From Escherichia phage vB_EcoM_ESCO9, in sequence record OM386654.1: DNA of 64,000 nt; one strand, written 5' to 3'. Every line of letters begins with the position of its first letter. The stretch's first letter is position 1. This document shows, piece after piece, positions 47,890-55,390 of the stretch. A program made the position numbers and the translations under genes. The notes beneath the pieces are model-generated. The model had not been told where the DNA came from, did not search any database, and saw nothing but the letters and a program-made list of their open reading frames with translations.

Positions 47890-47979
47890 TGGAGGAAGAT
47901 AATGGAGTCGAACCATCACCGTATCACTACAATGGGCCAGGGTTCAAACCTGGTTGCGCACCGCTGCGCCCTACCTTCC
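47890..47979 (-). tRNA. tRNA-Ser (anticodon TGA), long variable arm
   Basis: 90 nt; anticodon arm CCAGG-UUUGAAC-CCUGG; T-arm GAUGG-UUCGACU-CCAUU; acceptor GGAAGGU/AUCUUCC with one G.U; CCA encoded. Confidence 0.65.
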
Positions 47980-47989
47980 CGTTATCATA

Positions 47990-48024
47990 CTTTAAATCTA
48001 ACATAAAACTATCTTGCTTGTCAA
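47990..48024 (-). promoter_or_regulatory. sigma70-like promoter for a tRNA transcription unit (-35 TTGACA, 17 nt, -10 TTAGAT)
   Basis: Minus-strand TTGACA at 48019-48024; -10 at 47996-48001; tRNA-Ser 5' end about 17 nt downstream. Confidence 0.4.
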
Positions 48025-48042
48025 GTAGTTTTTAAAACTTTT

Positions 48043-48124
48043 TGGCCGGGGTGACAGGATTCGAACCTGCATACTCCAATTACTCGGTTAACGCCTGATT
48101 AGAAGTCAGGTGAGATACACCCCG
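48043..48124 (-). tRNA. atypical tRNA-like (anticodon arm consistent with Arg-TCT; no recognisable D-arm)
   Basis: Acceptor CGGGGUG/CACCCCG, T-arm GCAGG-UUCGAAU-CCUGU, CCA, hairpin CCUGA-CUUCUAA-UCAGG; only 7 nt between acceptor and that hairpin, 23 nt after it. Confidence 0.4.
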
Positions 48125-48197
48125 TTTTTATAATGACTATAACAAAAAACTAAGTAAATGTCAAGATATTTTTTACTAAAATTACTATTTAAATTGA

Positions 48198-48303
48198 AGC
48201 CTAGTTATGGAATCGAACCATATTTCGTATTTAGTTAGACAAAGCGGTCTAACATATTTTTCAGGCTTTGATGGCCTCGGAATTACCAAATACCCTACTA
48301 GGC
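48198..48303 (-). tRNA. atypical 106-nt tRNA-like element; candidate anticodon loop CAUCAAA (UCA) in my fold
   Basis: Perfect 7-bp acceptor GCCUAGU/ACUAGGC; T-arm UAUGG-UUCGAUU-CCAUA; D-region GGUAUU-UGGU-AAUUCC; hairpin AGGC-CAUCAAA-GCCU; extra perfect 7-bp hairpin GUUAGAC-CGCUUU-GUCUAAC; no CCA encoded. Confidence 0.4.
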
Positions 48304-48305
48304 GT

Positions 48306-48391
48306 TGGTGCAAGTGGAGGGATTCGAACCCTCAATCATTTAAGCGTTGCGTTTTAAGCACAATGTGTATCACCAATTCCACCACACTTGC
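48306..48391 (-). tRNA. tRNA-Leu (anticodon TAA), long variable arm
   Basis: 86 nt; D-stem GUG/CAC; anticodon arm UUGUG-CUUAAAA-CGCAA; T-arm GAGGG-UUCGAAU-CCCUC; CCA encoded. Confidence 0.7.
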
Positions 48392-48422
48392 GTATAGGAG
48401 ATGCATAGCACCTCCTTTTAAA

Positions 48423-48498
48423 TGGTGGTTCCCCAGGGTTACAATCCCTGCCCTCGACACTTATGAGGTGTGCGCTCTCGTCAGTGAGCTATGGAACC
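48423..48498 (-). tRNA. tRNA-Met (anticodon CAT), second copy, non-canonical T-loop
   Basis: Acceptor GGUUCCA/GGGAACC; D-arm GCUC/GAGC; anticodon loop CUCAUAA; T-arm CAGGG-AUUGUAA-CCCUG; CCA encoded. Confidence 0.55.
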
Positions 48499-48505
48499 TT
48501 GAATA

Positions 48506-48772
48506 TTAAGCATACTGGGTCATTTCACCAGCTTCGCGTTTCTCCAGAAGAACTGCAATCAAAGCAATAGCTGCTTCTTCTTCGTGAGGAAGCCCCATTT
48601 CATCCAGAAGAGCAAGGAAGTCAATTACCAAACTTTCTGTTTTAAGGCTAACGCTACCATTTTCGTTTTCAGTAAGAACTGATTCAGGATCAAAAATAAA
48701 GATTGCTCCACCTTTATTATCAATCAATACGTGCTTCTCAATCAATTCTTTGCCATAAGTCTTTTCTGTCAT
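48506..48772 (-). CDS. hypothetical protein (88 aa)
   Basis: ORF track; promoter-like element upstream. Confidence 0.5.
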   Translation of the reverse strand: MTEKTYGKELIEKHVLIDNKGGAIFIFDPESVLTENENGSVSLKTESLVIDFLALLDEMGLPHEEEAAIALIAVLLEKREAGEMTQYA

Positions 48773-48795
48773 AGTTTTCTCCTTTTGTTTAACTT

Positions 48796-48831
48796 GTGCT
48801 TATCTTAGCAAATAACTAGCTATGTTGTCAA
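48796..48831 (-). promoter_or_regulatory. sigma70-like promoter (-35 TTGACA, 18 nt, -10 TAAGAT)
   Basis: Minus-strand TTGACA at 48826-48831 and TAAGAT at 48802-48807. Confidence 0.4.
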
Positions 48832-48951
48832 CTAGTTTTTACAATATTTTTTCTTGATCTGTAACCCAGTGTATAACCGCATACAAAAGATACAATAGCA
48901 ATAAAAACAGATAAGCCAAAAATAATTTCTGTAGACATACTGTTTCCTTAA

Positions 48952-49173
48952 TTATGTGAAATCTAATTCCTCCTCTGGTGCTGTGTAATTTAGAAGAAGA
49001 TCAGTTACACTTTGATGTTGATAAACCCTTTCGGGACTGTCGTCGAATGCCAAACTTGTACAAATCGAGCATAGATCCGACTCTTGAATATTACCATTCC
49101 TGTCTCTACGGGAGTGATTAGTCAAGTGTCTGTTACAGGCTCGGCAACGAAAATAAAAATTATGTTGTTTCAT
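48952..49173 (-). CDS. small zinc-ribbon-like protein (73 aa)
   Basis: Cys pairs CRAC ... CSIC. Confidence 0.45.
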   Translation of the reverse strand: MKQHNFYFRCRACNRHLTNHSRRDRNGNIQESDLCSICTSLAFDDSPERVYQHQSVTDLLLNYTAPEEELDFT

Positions 49174-49244
49174 AAATCCTTCGTGAAGCCCATCCAGGGC
49201 AGTTGCAGGCTCTCCTTACCTTAATCTTATCACGAAGTTTTTAT

Positions 49245-50978
49245 TTAGTCAACCTGGATGGTTCCCATAGTACGAAGAACCTCTACATCAACACGGTTAC
49301 GGATATCTGTAAATGTTTCATCACGTCCTTCTACTTGTGGTGTAATAACCGTACCATCCCTGAAGATAACTTTTAACTCATTGTCTTCATCTTGGATATC
49401 TTTAAAAGAAAGATTATCCACAAGAGAAAGTTTACCATTTGTATCCTTAACAACCTTAATAAAACCTTTTGCAGAGCGTTTACCAGGATCAGTTTTAGGC
49501 TCCTTACTTACCAAAATTTCGTGTTCACCGATGATACTACCTGTTGCTTTAACAGCAAAACCAAAAGTATCTCGTGTATTGAACTGATAAGTATAACTAC
49601 CAACACCAAATACAATATTGGAAGCTGCAAAACCTTTCTTCTTCAGTCGGCGTAAGATCTCGTGTTCTCGTTCAACAGTAATAGAATCACCATAAATCAT
49701 ACCGATGTGCTGATCAAGAACCTTGTAGCCTTTTCGGTTGATAGTACCACCAAACACTTCCCAAAGGATTTGAATAGAACCTACTGCTTCACAATAAGGA
49801 ATCTCATAAGTTTCATCAATACAATCAGCAACACTGCAATCCTGAAGAACATTGTAATACTTATTAACATCAGCCAAATGAACTACTTCAGTGGCTGTAG
49901 CAATACCATTATTTAAAAGGTCTTCATAGTTATCAAAAGATTCAACATTGTATCCTGCAACAACTTTAACCGGATCTCCTGAATCTGGACGAATAACAAG
50001 ACGACCATTTCGTGACATAATGGAATCTTTCAACTCTACCAGAATGCGAGTCAAGACAGCCCAGTAGTCATAAGAATCTGCTACATATGAACAAAAACCT
50101 TCTGGAACAATTTCTTCAATATAGCGGCGAAGAAACTCTTTCTCTGCTACATAACGAAGCCCATCAACATCATCTTTAAGATGTGGGAAATGTTTCTTCA
50201 GACCTTCAACAATAGCTCCAATGTTAGTCGTTGCTACTGAATGTTCTGTTGCCGGAATAGAACCTGCAACAAACTGATCATAATCAATACCATAATAATC
50301 ATGCACAGTCTCAATAGCCAGAATGTTATCTGTTCCTGTGAAAGATGCCAAATGAGCGATACCACTCTTATAACCATCTTCGATATTACTTAAACCACGT
50401 AGGCTAAAATCATGACACTGGAAGTTAACGTGATCAATATTATCACACGTTGCCATCGCATATGCCATAGCGATACGCTTATACTGAAAAGCTGCTGTGG
50501 CATTAGTCATTGTCTTCCAAGTTTCATCTGACAATAGTGTTTCCACATAGTTAGTTAACCAAAAGAATTTTTCTAAAGTATTATGCACAGTAAACACAGG
50601 AACACCAATAGGACACAAAACACCTTCTGGCAGAGATCGAACTTCCAGCGGAAGATAACCTAAATCGTGCAATTCTCCCCAACATTCAGCAGAAGGAGCA
50701 GAAGCACCTAATGCATTCTTAGACATACGATAAAATTTATTTACTGCTGCACTACGAGACATTTTAAAGAAGCTGTCCCACATAGTTACAAGGGCATCGG
50801 TGACTGCTCGACGAATACCTAAAACAATTACACCACGTGCTTCACGATCTGCATAGTGTGCAAAGTTTTTATCATTACGAGGAGTTAAATTAGAGAAAAT
50901 GAGTTTTGTATTTTGGTTGTACATCTGCTTGTGACCAGGTTTATACCAATCAGTAGCAAAAGGTGCAAAAATATTCAT
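49245..50978 (-). CDS. nicotinamide phosphoribosyltransferase family protein (NAMPT/NadV-like; Namat-type activity not excluded)
   Basis: 577 aa; blocks recalled from NAMPT: FATDWYKPGHKQMY, LPEGVLCPIGVPVFTVHNT...FWLTNYVETLL, HDFSLRGLS, RPDSGDP. Confidence 0.85.
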   Translation of the reverse strand: MNIFAPFATDWYKPGHKQMYNQNTKLIFSNLTPRNDKNFAHYADREARGVIVLGIRRAVTDALVTMWDSFFKMSRSAAVNKFYRMSKNALGASAPSAECWGELHDLGYLPLEVRSLPEGVLCPIGVPVFTVHNTLEKFFWLTNYVETLLSDETWKTMTNATAAFQYKRIAMAYAMATCDNIDHVNFQCHDFSLRGLSNIEDGYKSGIAHLASFTGTDNILAIETVHDYYGIDYDQFVAGSIPATEHSVATTNIGAIVEGLKKHFPHLKDDVDGLRYVAEKEFLRRYIEEIVPEGFCSYVADSYDYWAVLTRILVELKDSIMSRNGRLVIRPDSGDPVKVVAGYNVESFDNYEDLLNNGIATATEVVHLADVNKYYNVLQDCSVADCIDETYEIPYCEAVGSIQILWEVFGGTINRKGYKVLDQHIGMIYGDSITVEREHEILRRLKKKGFAASNIVFGVGSYTYQFNTRDTFGFAVKATGSIIGEHEILVSKEPKTDPGKRSAKGFIKVVKDTNGKLSLVDNLSFKDIQDEDNELKVIFRDGTVITPQVEGRDETFTDIRNRVDVEVLRTMGTIQVD

Positions 50979-51004
50979 AGTTATGTCTCCTTGTTTGTTA
51001 GTGT

Positions 51005-51039
51005 GGGAGTATCTTACTAAGCATACTCCCTATTGTCAA
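51005..51039 (-). promoter_or_regulatory. sigma70-like promoter (-35 TTGACA, 17 nt, -10 TAAGAT) overlapped by an inverted repeat
   Basis: Minus-strand TTGACA at 51034-51039 and TAAGAT at 51011-51016; inverted repeat GGGAGTAT...ATACTCCC (51005-51030) spans the -10. Confidence 0.4.
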
Positions 51040-51049
51040 CACTTATTAT

Positions 51050-51943
51050 TTAAAAATTCCACACGTATGGAGATACAATTTGTTGTTGCAAATCTGACTG
51101 ATTCTTAACAAGAACACCGGAATCTTCTTGGATGTTATCTTCCCACACATTAAGAGAATGAATGCAGTCAAAGTGCTCACTTAACTCTTTAAGACCTTTA
51201 GAAAAGATACCGTGTGTAACATATAACTCAATCTTACCTGCGTTACGAGCACGTAGCACTTTAGCCAATTCAATAAAAGTTCTACCGCCGTCACAGATAT
51301 CATCTACGATCATCAGGTTACGCTTATTGAAATCCTGTACAGAAATGTCTGTACGAACAATAGCACCTGTTGCAGTATCTCTAACCTTCTCTGCACAGAA
51401 CACATCTAAAGACATTTTCTTAGATAATTTAAATATTTTCTTAAGAGCACCACCATCAGGACTAACAAGAGCAAAATTCTCCATACGTAACTTCCACTTT
51501 AAAGTTTCGTAAGCAATCTCTTCTTGAGGTATTACACAGAGTCTGTCAAACACTGCTGGAGTAACATCACTATGTGGATCAGCAACGATAACACGTGAGA
51601 AATTTAATGAATTAATTATAGAAGCAAAGGCTTTAACTCCGAATGCTTCCCCAGGCTCACACACTCTGTCTTGTCGTGCATACGGCACATACAACATGAG
51701 TAAATCAACACAATATGGTTTATGATATAACATATTGTCCAATGCATTCTTAGTCATAACCAAAGTCATCAAGTCTTTAGCAGATCTTACTTCTAAAGAG
51801 AGTAAGATTCTGTCTGTAGCATGATTGAAACCTGATAGATTCGTGTCTAGTTGAACATGTTGTTCTCCACCAGAGAATGTAAAGACTTTAACGTCTACAT
51901 CAGTAACATAACAGTCAACACCATGTAGAATACTAACTTTCAT
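51050..51943 (-). CDS. ribose-phosphate pyrophosphokinase (PRPP synthetase)-like protein
   Basis: 297 aa; Prs-like motifs YARQDR, VSPDGG and IVDDICDGGRT; RBS AAGGAG. Confidence 0.85.
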   Translation of the reverse strand: MKVSILHGVDCYVTDVDVKVFTFSGGEQHVQLDTNLSGFNHATDRILLSLEVRSAKDLMTLVMTKNALDNMLYHKPYCVDLLMLYVPYARQDRVCEPGEAFGVKAFASIINSLNFSRVIVADPHSDVTPAVFDRLCVIPQEEIAYETLKWKLRMENFALVSPDGGALKKIFKLSKKMSLDVFCAEKVRDTATGAIVRTDISVQDFNKRNLMIVDDICDGGRTFIELAKVLRARNAGKIELYVTHGIFSKGLKELSEHFDCIHSLNVWEDNIQEDSGVLVKNQSDLQQQIVSPYVWNF

Positions 51944-51977
51944 TGTTTATCTCCTTAGTTGAGTTAGGACTTTATGT

Positions 51978-52011
51978 TCTCTACTCTACATACAGATAGA
52001 TCTAAAGTCAA
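51978..52011 (-). promoter_or_regulatory. sigma70-like promoter (-35 TTGACT, 17 nt, -10 TAGAGT)
   Basis: Minus-strand TTGACT at 52006-52011 and TAGAGT at 51983-51988, inside the AT-rich divergent region. Confidence 0.4.
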
Positions 52012-52352
52012 TAGATATTTATTATTTAATTAATAATAAAATTAATAAAGAATCTATTGTTAGTATAGAGTATGTATGTTAGTATTATAGACATAACATA
52101 GTGCTATATGTAGACTACTCAGTTGTCTGTTAGATCATGTATCACAAGATTAGATAACACCCCCTCGCTGCGCTCGGCGTTTTTCGGGGGTTAGGGTAGC
52201 ATACTTTTTTGCGTTTGTCAACACCTTTTTGGATTATTTTTAAGTACAACCTAAACCTCCTAAAAACGATTGTAACGAGTTTTACTGTGAGGTAAGGTGA
52301 TTGCATATCTTAAAGGCCATTAGCTCGTTACAGAGCCGTATAGGAGGGAATA

Positions 52353-52721
52353 ATGAGGGTCACACGCTACGTTAGAAGTGAAACAATAGATGGAAGCATA
52401 ATGTATGCTTTCTACGATGATAAAACTTTTTGTTCTGCGTTCTATGAAGAAGACTTGTCTACGGAATGGCAACAAATCATCTTCTTACTTGACATTTTGA
52501 AAAGAAGAGATAACTTTGAAGGTATTGAGTGGACAGTGGGAAGCAAAGTTATCATTCCAGGTTTAAGCAAACATGAGTTGCTTGACTTAGATTGTAAACT
52601 TTGTAATTATCAATTCTCAAAACGTTTACCATTAGAAAGACAGTTAGGAGTTGAGATTCATGTTGACTTGGGCGATGGAGTATCCTATACTCTCAACAAT
52701 CATAGTGCTGACGTTAATTAG
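52353..52721 (+). CDS. hypothetical early protein (122 aa)
   Basis: ORF track; RBS AGGAGGG; first gene of the plus-strand block. Confidence 0.5.
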   Translation: MRVTRYVRSETIDGSIMYAFYDDKTFCSAFYEEDLSTEWQQIIFLLDILKRRDNFEGIEWTVGSKVIIPGLSKHELLDLDCKLCNYQFSKRLPLERQLGVEIHVDLGDGVSYTLNNHSADVN

Positions 52722-52787
52722 TGGGATCACAAAGTGCGTCACAAGCATTTGCGATTGTTTAACACATTTTAAACAAAGGAAAAATAA

Positions 52788-52985
52788 ATGAATCAAACTA
52801 TGCAAACAATCTATAGAGTAATTCTTGGTGAGTTCCATGTTGTTAAGTCAACATTGAATTATGAAGAAGCTAAAGAGAATTTCTTGCTTTGGGTTGAAGC
52901 ATTCTCTGAAGTTGAAAAGGTGAGTTACAATTGTGTAACTTTAACTGCTGATCACGTACCTGTATTGGAGTTTATTAAGAAATGA
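52788..52985 (+). CDS. hypothetical protein (65 aa)
   Basis: ORF track; RBS AAGGAAA. Confidence 0.45.
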   Translation: MNQTMQTIYRVILGEFHVVKSTLNYEEAKENFLLWVEAFSEVEKVSYNCVTLTADHVPVLEFIKK

Positions 52986-53221
52986 AAAAAGAAATTTTAA
53001 CTGATGTAACATATTCTTGTATTAGCAAAGGCGGTTTATATCGTGTAGTTGGCTTTCCTAAACCAGCGGGTGTATCTAAAGTATTTGATCCTGTTGTGAT
53101 CTACGAAGATGTAAGGACTGGTCAACAGTATTGGCGATTCCAGCAAGATTTCTTACACCGCATGGAGGTTGTTGATGGCGAAAACACCGAAGAAGCGATC
53201 CGTAACAAAGCACGCATCTAA
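52982..53221 (+). CDS. hypothetical protein (79 aa)
   Basis: ORF track; ATGA overlap with upstream gene. Confidence 0.45.
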   Translation: MKKEILTDVTYSCISKGGLYRVVGFPKPAGVSKVFDPVVIYEDVRTGQQYWRFQQDFLHRMEVVDGENTEEAIRNKARI

Positions 53222-53510
53222 AGATGGGGCGGCAAAGACCGCTCCTAAGAAACAAAAATTTGACACAGAGGCTTTTGTCTTTGATACTCCAATAGAGAAG
53301 ATAGAAGAAGCTCTTGCTAGATTTGAAGAACGTGAAGCAGATCCTATGGCAGATCCTTTCACAGAAGATGAATTGTATTGGTTTGGCTGGTGGGTTTTGA
53401 ATCTACCAGAAGCTAAAAAACGAGGAATGAAGTTAGTTCCTATCTGTGCAAAAGAGTCTGCTGTGTTAGGTTTATACGAGAAGCCTAAAAGAAGGAGCAA
53501 AAAGAAATGA
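53175..53510 (+). CDS. hypothetical basic protein (Lys-rich termini)
   Basis: ATG at 53175 preceded by GGAGG. Confidence 0.45.
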   Translation: MAKTPKKRSVTKHASKDGAAKTAPKKQKFDTEAFVFDTPIEKIEEALARFEEREADPMADPFTEDELYWFGWWVLNLPEAKKRGMKLVPICAKESAVLGLYEKPKRRSKKK

Positions 53511-53785
53511 GAAAAACCTATCTGAAGTGTTTGTCTGTTGTGCAAAATGAATGGTATTCAGGTTTGCTGACAGCAGGTAAGAAATATGAAGTGCTCAATA
53601 AACCAGGGGCAAGGTTTTCATTAATTAAGAACGATGAAGGCACTGAAATGCTTATTTCAGTTGCAGATTCTGTGTATGGTACTTTTGAGTTTGTCTATGA
53701 ACATGCACCAATTATTCTTGAATACAGTGGTACAAACAAACCTTACACAGCTTTAGATGTGATCAACAACAAAAGGAATAAGTAA
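53507..53785 (+). CDS. hypothetical protein (92 aa)
   Basis: ORF track; ATGA overlap. Confidence 0.45.
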   Translation: MRKTYLKCLSVVQNEWYSGLLTAGKKYEVLNKPGARFSLIKNDEGTEMLISVADSVYGTFEFVYEHAPIILEYSGTNKPYTALDVINNKRNK

Positions 53786-53979
53786 TGTTTCTTATTTATT
53801 CAGGTAAAGCCAAATACATGCAAGGTGTAAAGCGTGTAGAAGTAGCAGATACTGTAACTATAGGAAAATCCTTTATTCTTTATTTGTTTTATATCAATGG
53901 AGAAAGATTTGCTGTTTCTAAGAAGTTGGTAGATAATGGTAAAACTTGGAAAGAAGAGAAACAGGAAGGGGGTAGATAG
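53785..53979 (+). CDS. hypothetical protein (64 aa)
   Basis: ORF track; TAATG overlap. Confidence 0.4.
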   Translation: MFLIYSGKAKYMQGVKRVEVADTVTIGKSFILYLFYINGERFAVSKKLVDNGKTWKEEKQEGGR

Positions 53980-54320
53980 TGGCTAAAATTCTTTGGTTAG
54001 ACGATTTAAGAGATCCTAAAGATTATGGTTATGAGGATGCCATTTGGTTAAAATCTTTTGAGGATTGGTTATCTTTTGTTTCAGATGAAGATAATTTCAA
54101 TAATATCTCAGAGATACACTTCGATAATGATCTTGGAGAAGATCAAGAAGGATATCATGCGTTCTTAGACGTAGAATGTATGTTGTACGCGGGTGAATGG
54201 GATGCTCTTAAAACTATCTATGTTCATACATCAAATCCTTCTGCTGCTGGTAAATATATGTTAGCTAAGGAAAATTTTATTTCATCCTATGGTATTGAAA
54301 TTAAACGTGTTAACTATTAA
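53979..54320 (+). CDS. hypothetical acidic protein (113 aa)
   Basis: GTG start overlapping upstream stop. Confidence 0.45.
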   Translation: MAKILWLDDLRDPKDYGYEDAIWLKSFEDWLSFVSDEDNFNNISEIHFDNDLGEDQEGYHAFLDVECMLYAGEWDALKTIYVHTSNPSAAGKYMLAKENFISSYGIEIKRVNY

Positions 54321-54329
54321 GTAGGTATT

Positions 54330-54479
54330 ATGCATTACTCAGTTTGGTCAGAGCAAGAAGAGGATGAAGGGCATTTTATCTATAGAGAGGAAGAAAATTG
54401 GAGCGATACGAGTAATGATCTTTTACTTCCTGATTACAGTTTTTTCGCTGATAGACTAAAAGAGTATGGAGAAAATTGA
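54330..54479 (+). CDS. small hypothetical protein (49 aa)
   Basis: ATG ORF found by eye (MHYSVWSEQEEDEGHF...); below the track's length cut-off. Confidence 0.3.
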   Translation: MHYSVWSEQEEDEGHFIYREEENWSDTSNDLLLPDYSFFADRLKEYGEN

Positions 54480-54838
54480 TGTGCGCTACTAATCAACATG
54501 ATATTTGTTACCAACCTCTCACTTGGATTGGTGAGGATCACTATGCTCAACGTGTTATAGTCTGCGCTGCGAACAAGTATATTCTTAACAATGGCGAAGA
54601 GTTAATTATTCCTTGTGTTAGGCATGCAAATCCTGTACTATCTGCACAACTTAATGTTTTAAAAGATGCAGGATTGATCGATAAACTGTTTTGCTTACCT
54701 GATAATCAAGGGTTTATTGATCAGTATTATAACTGGTGGAGTCGCAAAGATGCTTATGTCATTGCAGATAACGCCAAACAAATTAACTACGAAAGAAATG
54801 GTCACAACAGTGAACTATTCAGCGAGGGATTATACTAA
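54476..54838 (+). CDS. hypothetical protein (120 aa)
   Basis: ORF track; ATGA overlap on both sides. Confidence 0.45.
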   Translation: MMCATNQHDICYQPLTWIGEDHYAQRVIVCAANKYILNNGEELIIPCVRHANPVLSAQLNVLKDAGLIDKLFCLPDNQGFIDQYYNWWSRKDAYVIADNAKQINYERNGHNSELFSEGLY

Positions 54839-55389
54839 TGTTTATTACAAGTGATTTGCATTTTATGCACAAACGTATCCGAGAGTTTGCTCCTGAATAT
54901 CGCCCGTGGGAAGATATGGAGCATATGACAGAAGCACTGATCGAAGCATGGAATAAATGTGCCAAAACACCAGGAGTAAAGATGTACCATCTTGGGGACT
55001 TCTGTTTCGGGACTGAAGAAGATACCCGTAAGATTGCTTCCCGTCTCCAAGGGGATATTACTTACTGTGTTGGGAACCATGATTACAGCAAACACAGAAA
55101 AGTGCTTGCAGAATATGGTGAGGTTGTGTATTATGACGAAGTGAAATATCAGAAACTGTTCTTCGTCTTAAGTCATTACCCTATGGCTGCCTGGAATAAA
55201 CAAGGGCGTGGATCAATCATGCTACACGGGCACTCTCACGGATCATTCCCTGATCATTTGTATGGGAAAATGTTGGATGTTGGTTGGGACGCACACGGAA
55301 AAATCTTGCATTTTGACGAAATCATCTCTATTATGGATAAACGTGATATTGTTGTTGTAGACCATCATAAGATAATCAAAGGAGATTAA
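54838..55389 (+). CDS. calcineurin-like metallophosphoesterase
   Basis: Motifs DLHFMH, LGDFCFG, GNHDY, HGHSHG. Confidence 0.7.
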   Translation: MFITSDLHFMHKRIREFAPEYRPWEDMEHMTEALIEAWNKCAKTPGVKMYHLGDFCFGTEEDTRKIASRLQGDITYCVGNHDYSKHRKVLAEYGEVVYYDEVKYQKLFFVLSHYPMAAWNKQGRGSIMLHGHSHGSFPDHLYGKMLDVGWDAHGKILHFDEIISIMDKRDIVVVDHHKIIKGD

Positions 55390-55390
55390 G

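Noticed and set aside
47938-47954. Plus-strand sequence resembling a T-arm (CCAGGGTTCAAACCTGG)
   Set aside because: It is the reverse complement of the anticodon arm of the minus-strand tRNA-Ser(TGA); no plus-strand acceptor stem exists around it.
48207-48509. Track ORF (100 aa, plus strand) spanning three tRNA genes
   Set aside because: Overlaps tRNA-like 48198..48303, tRNA-Leu(TAA) and tRNA-Met on the opposite strand; no RBS; chance ORF in structured RNA sequence.
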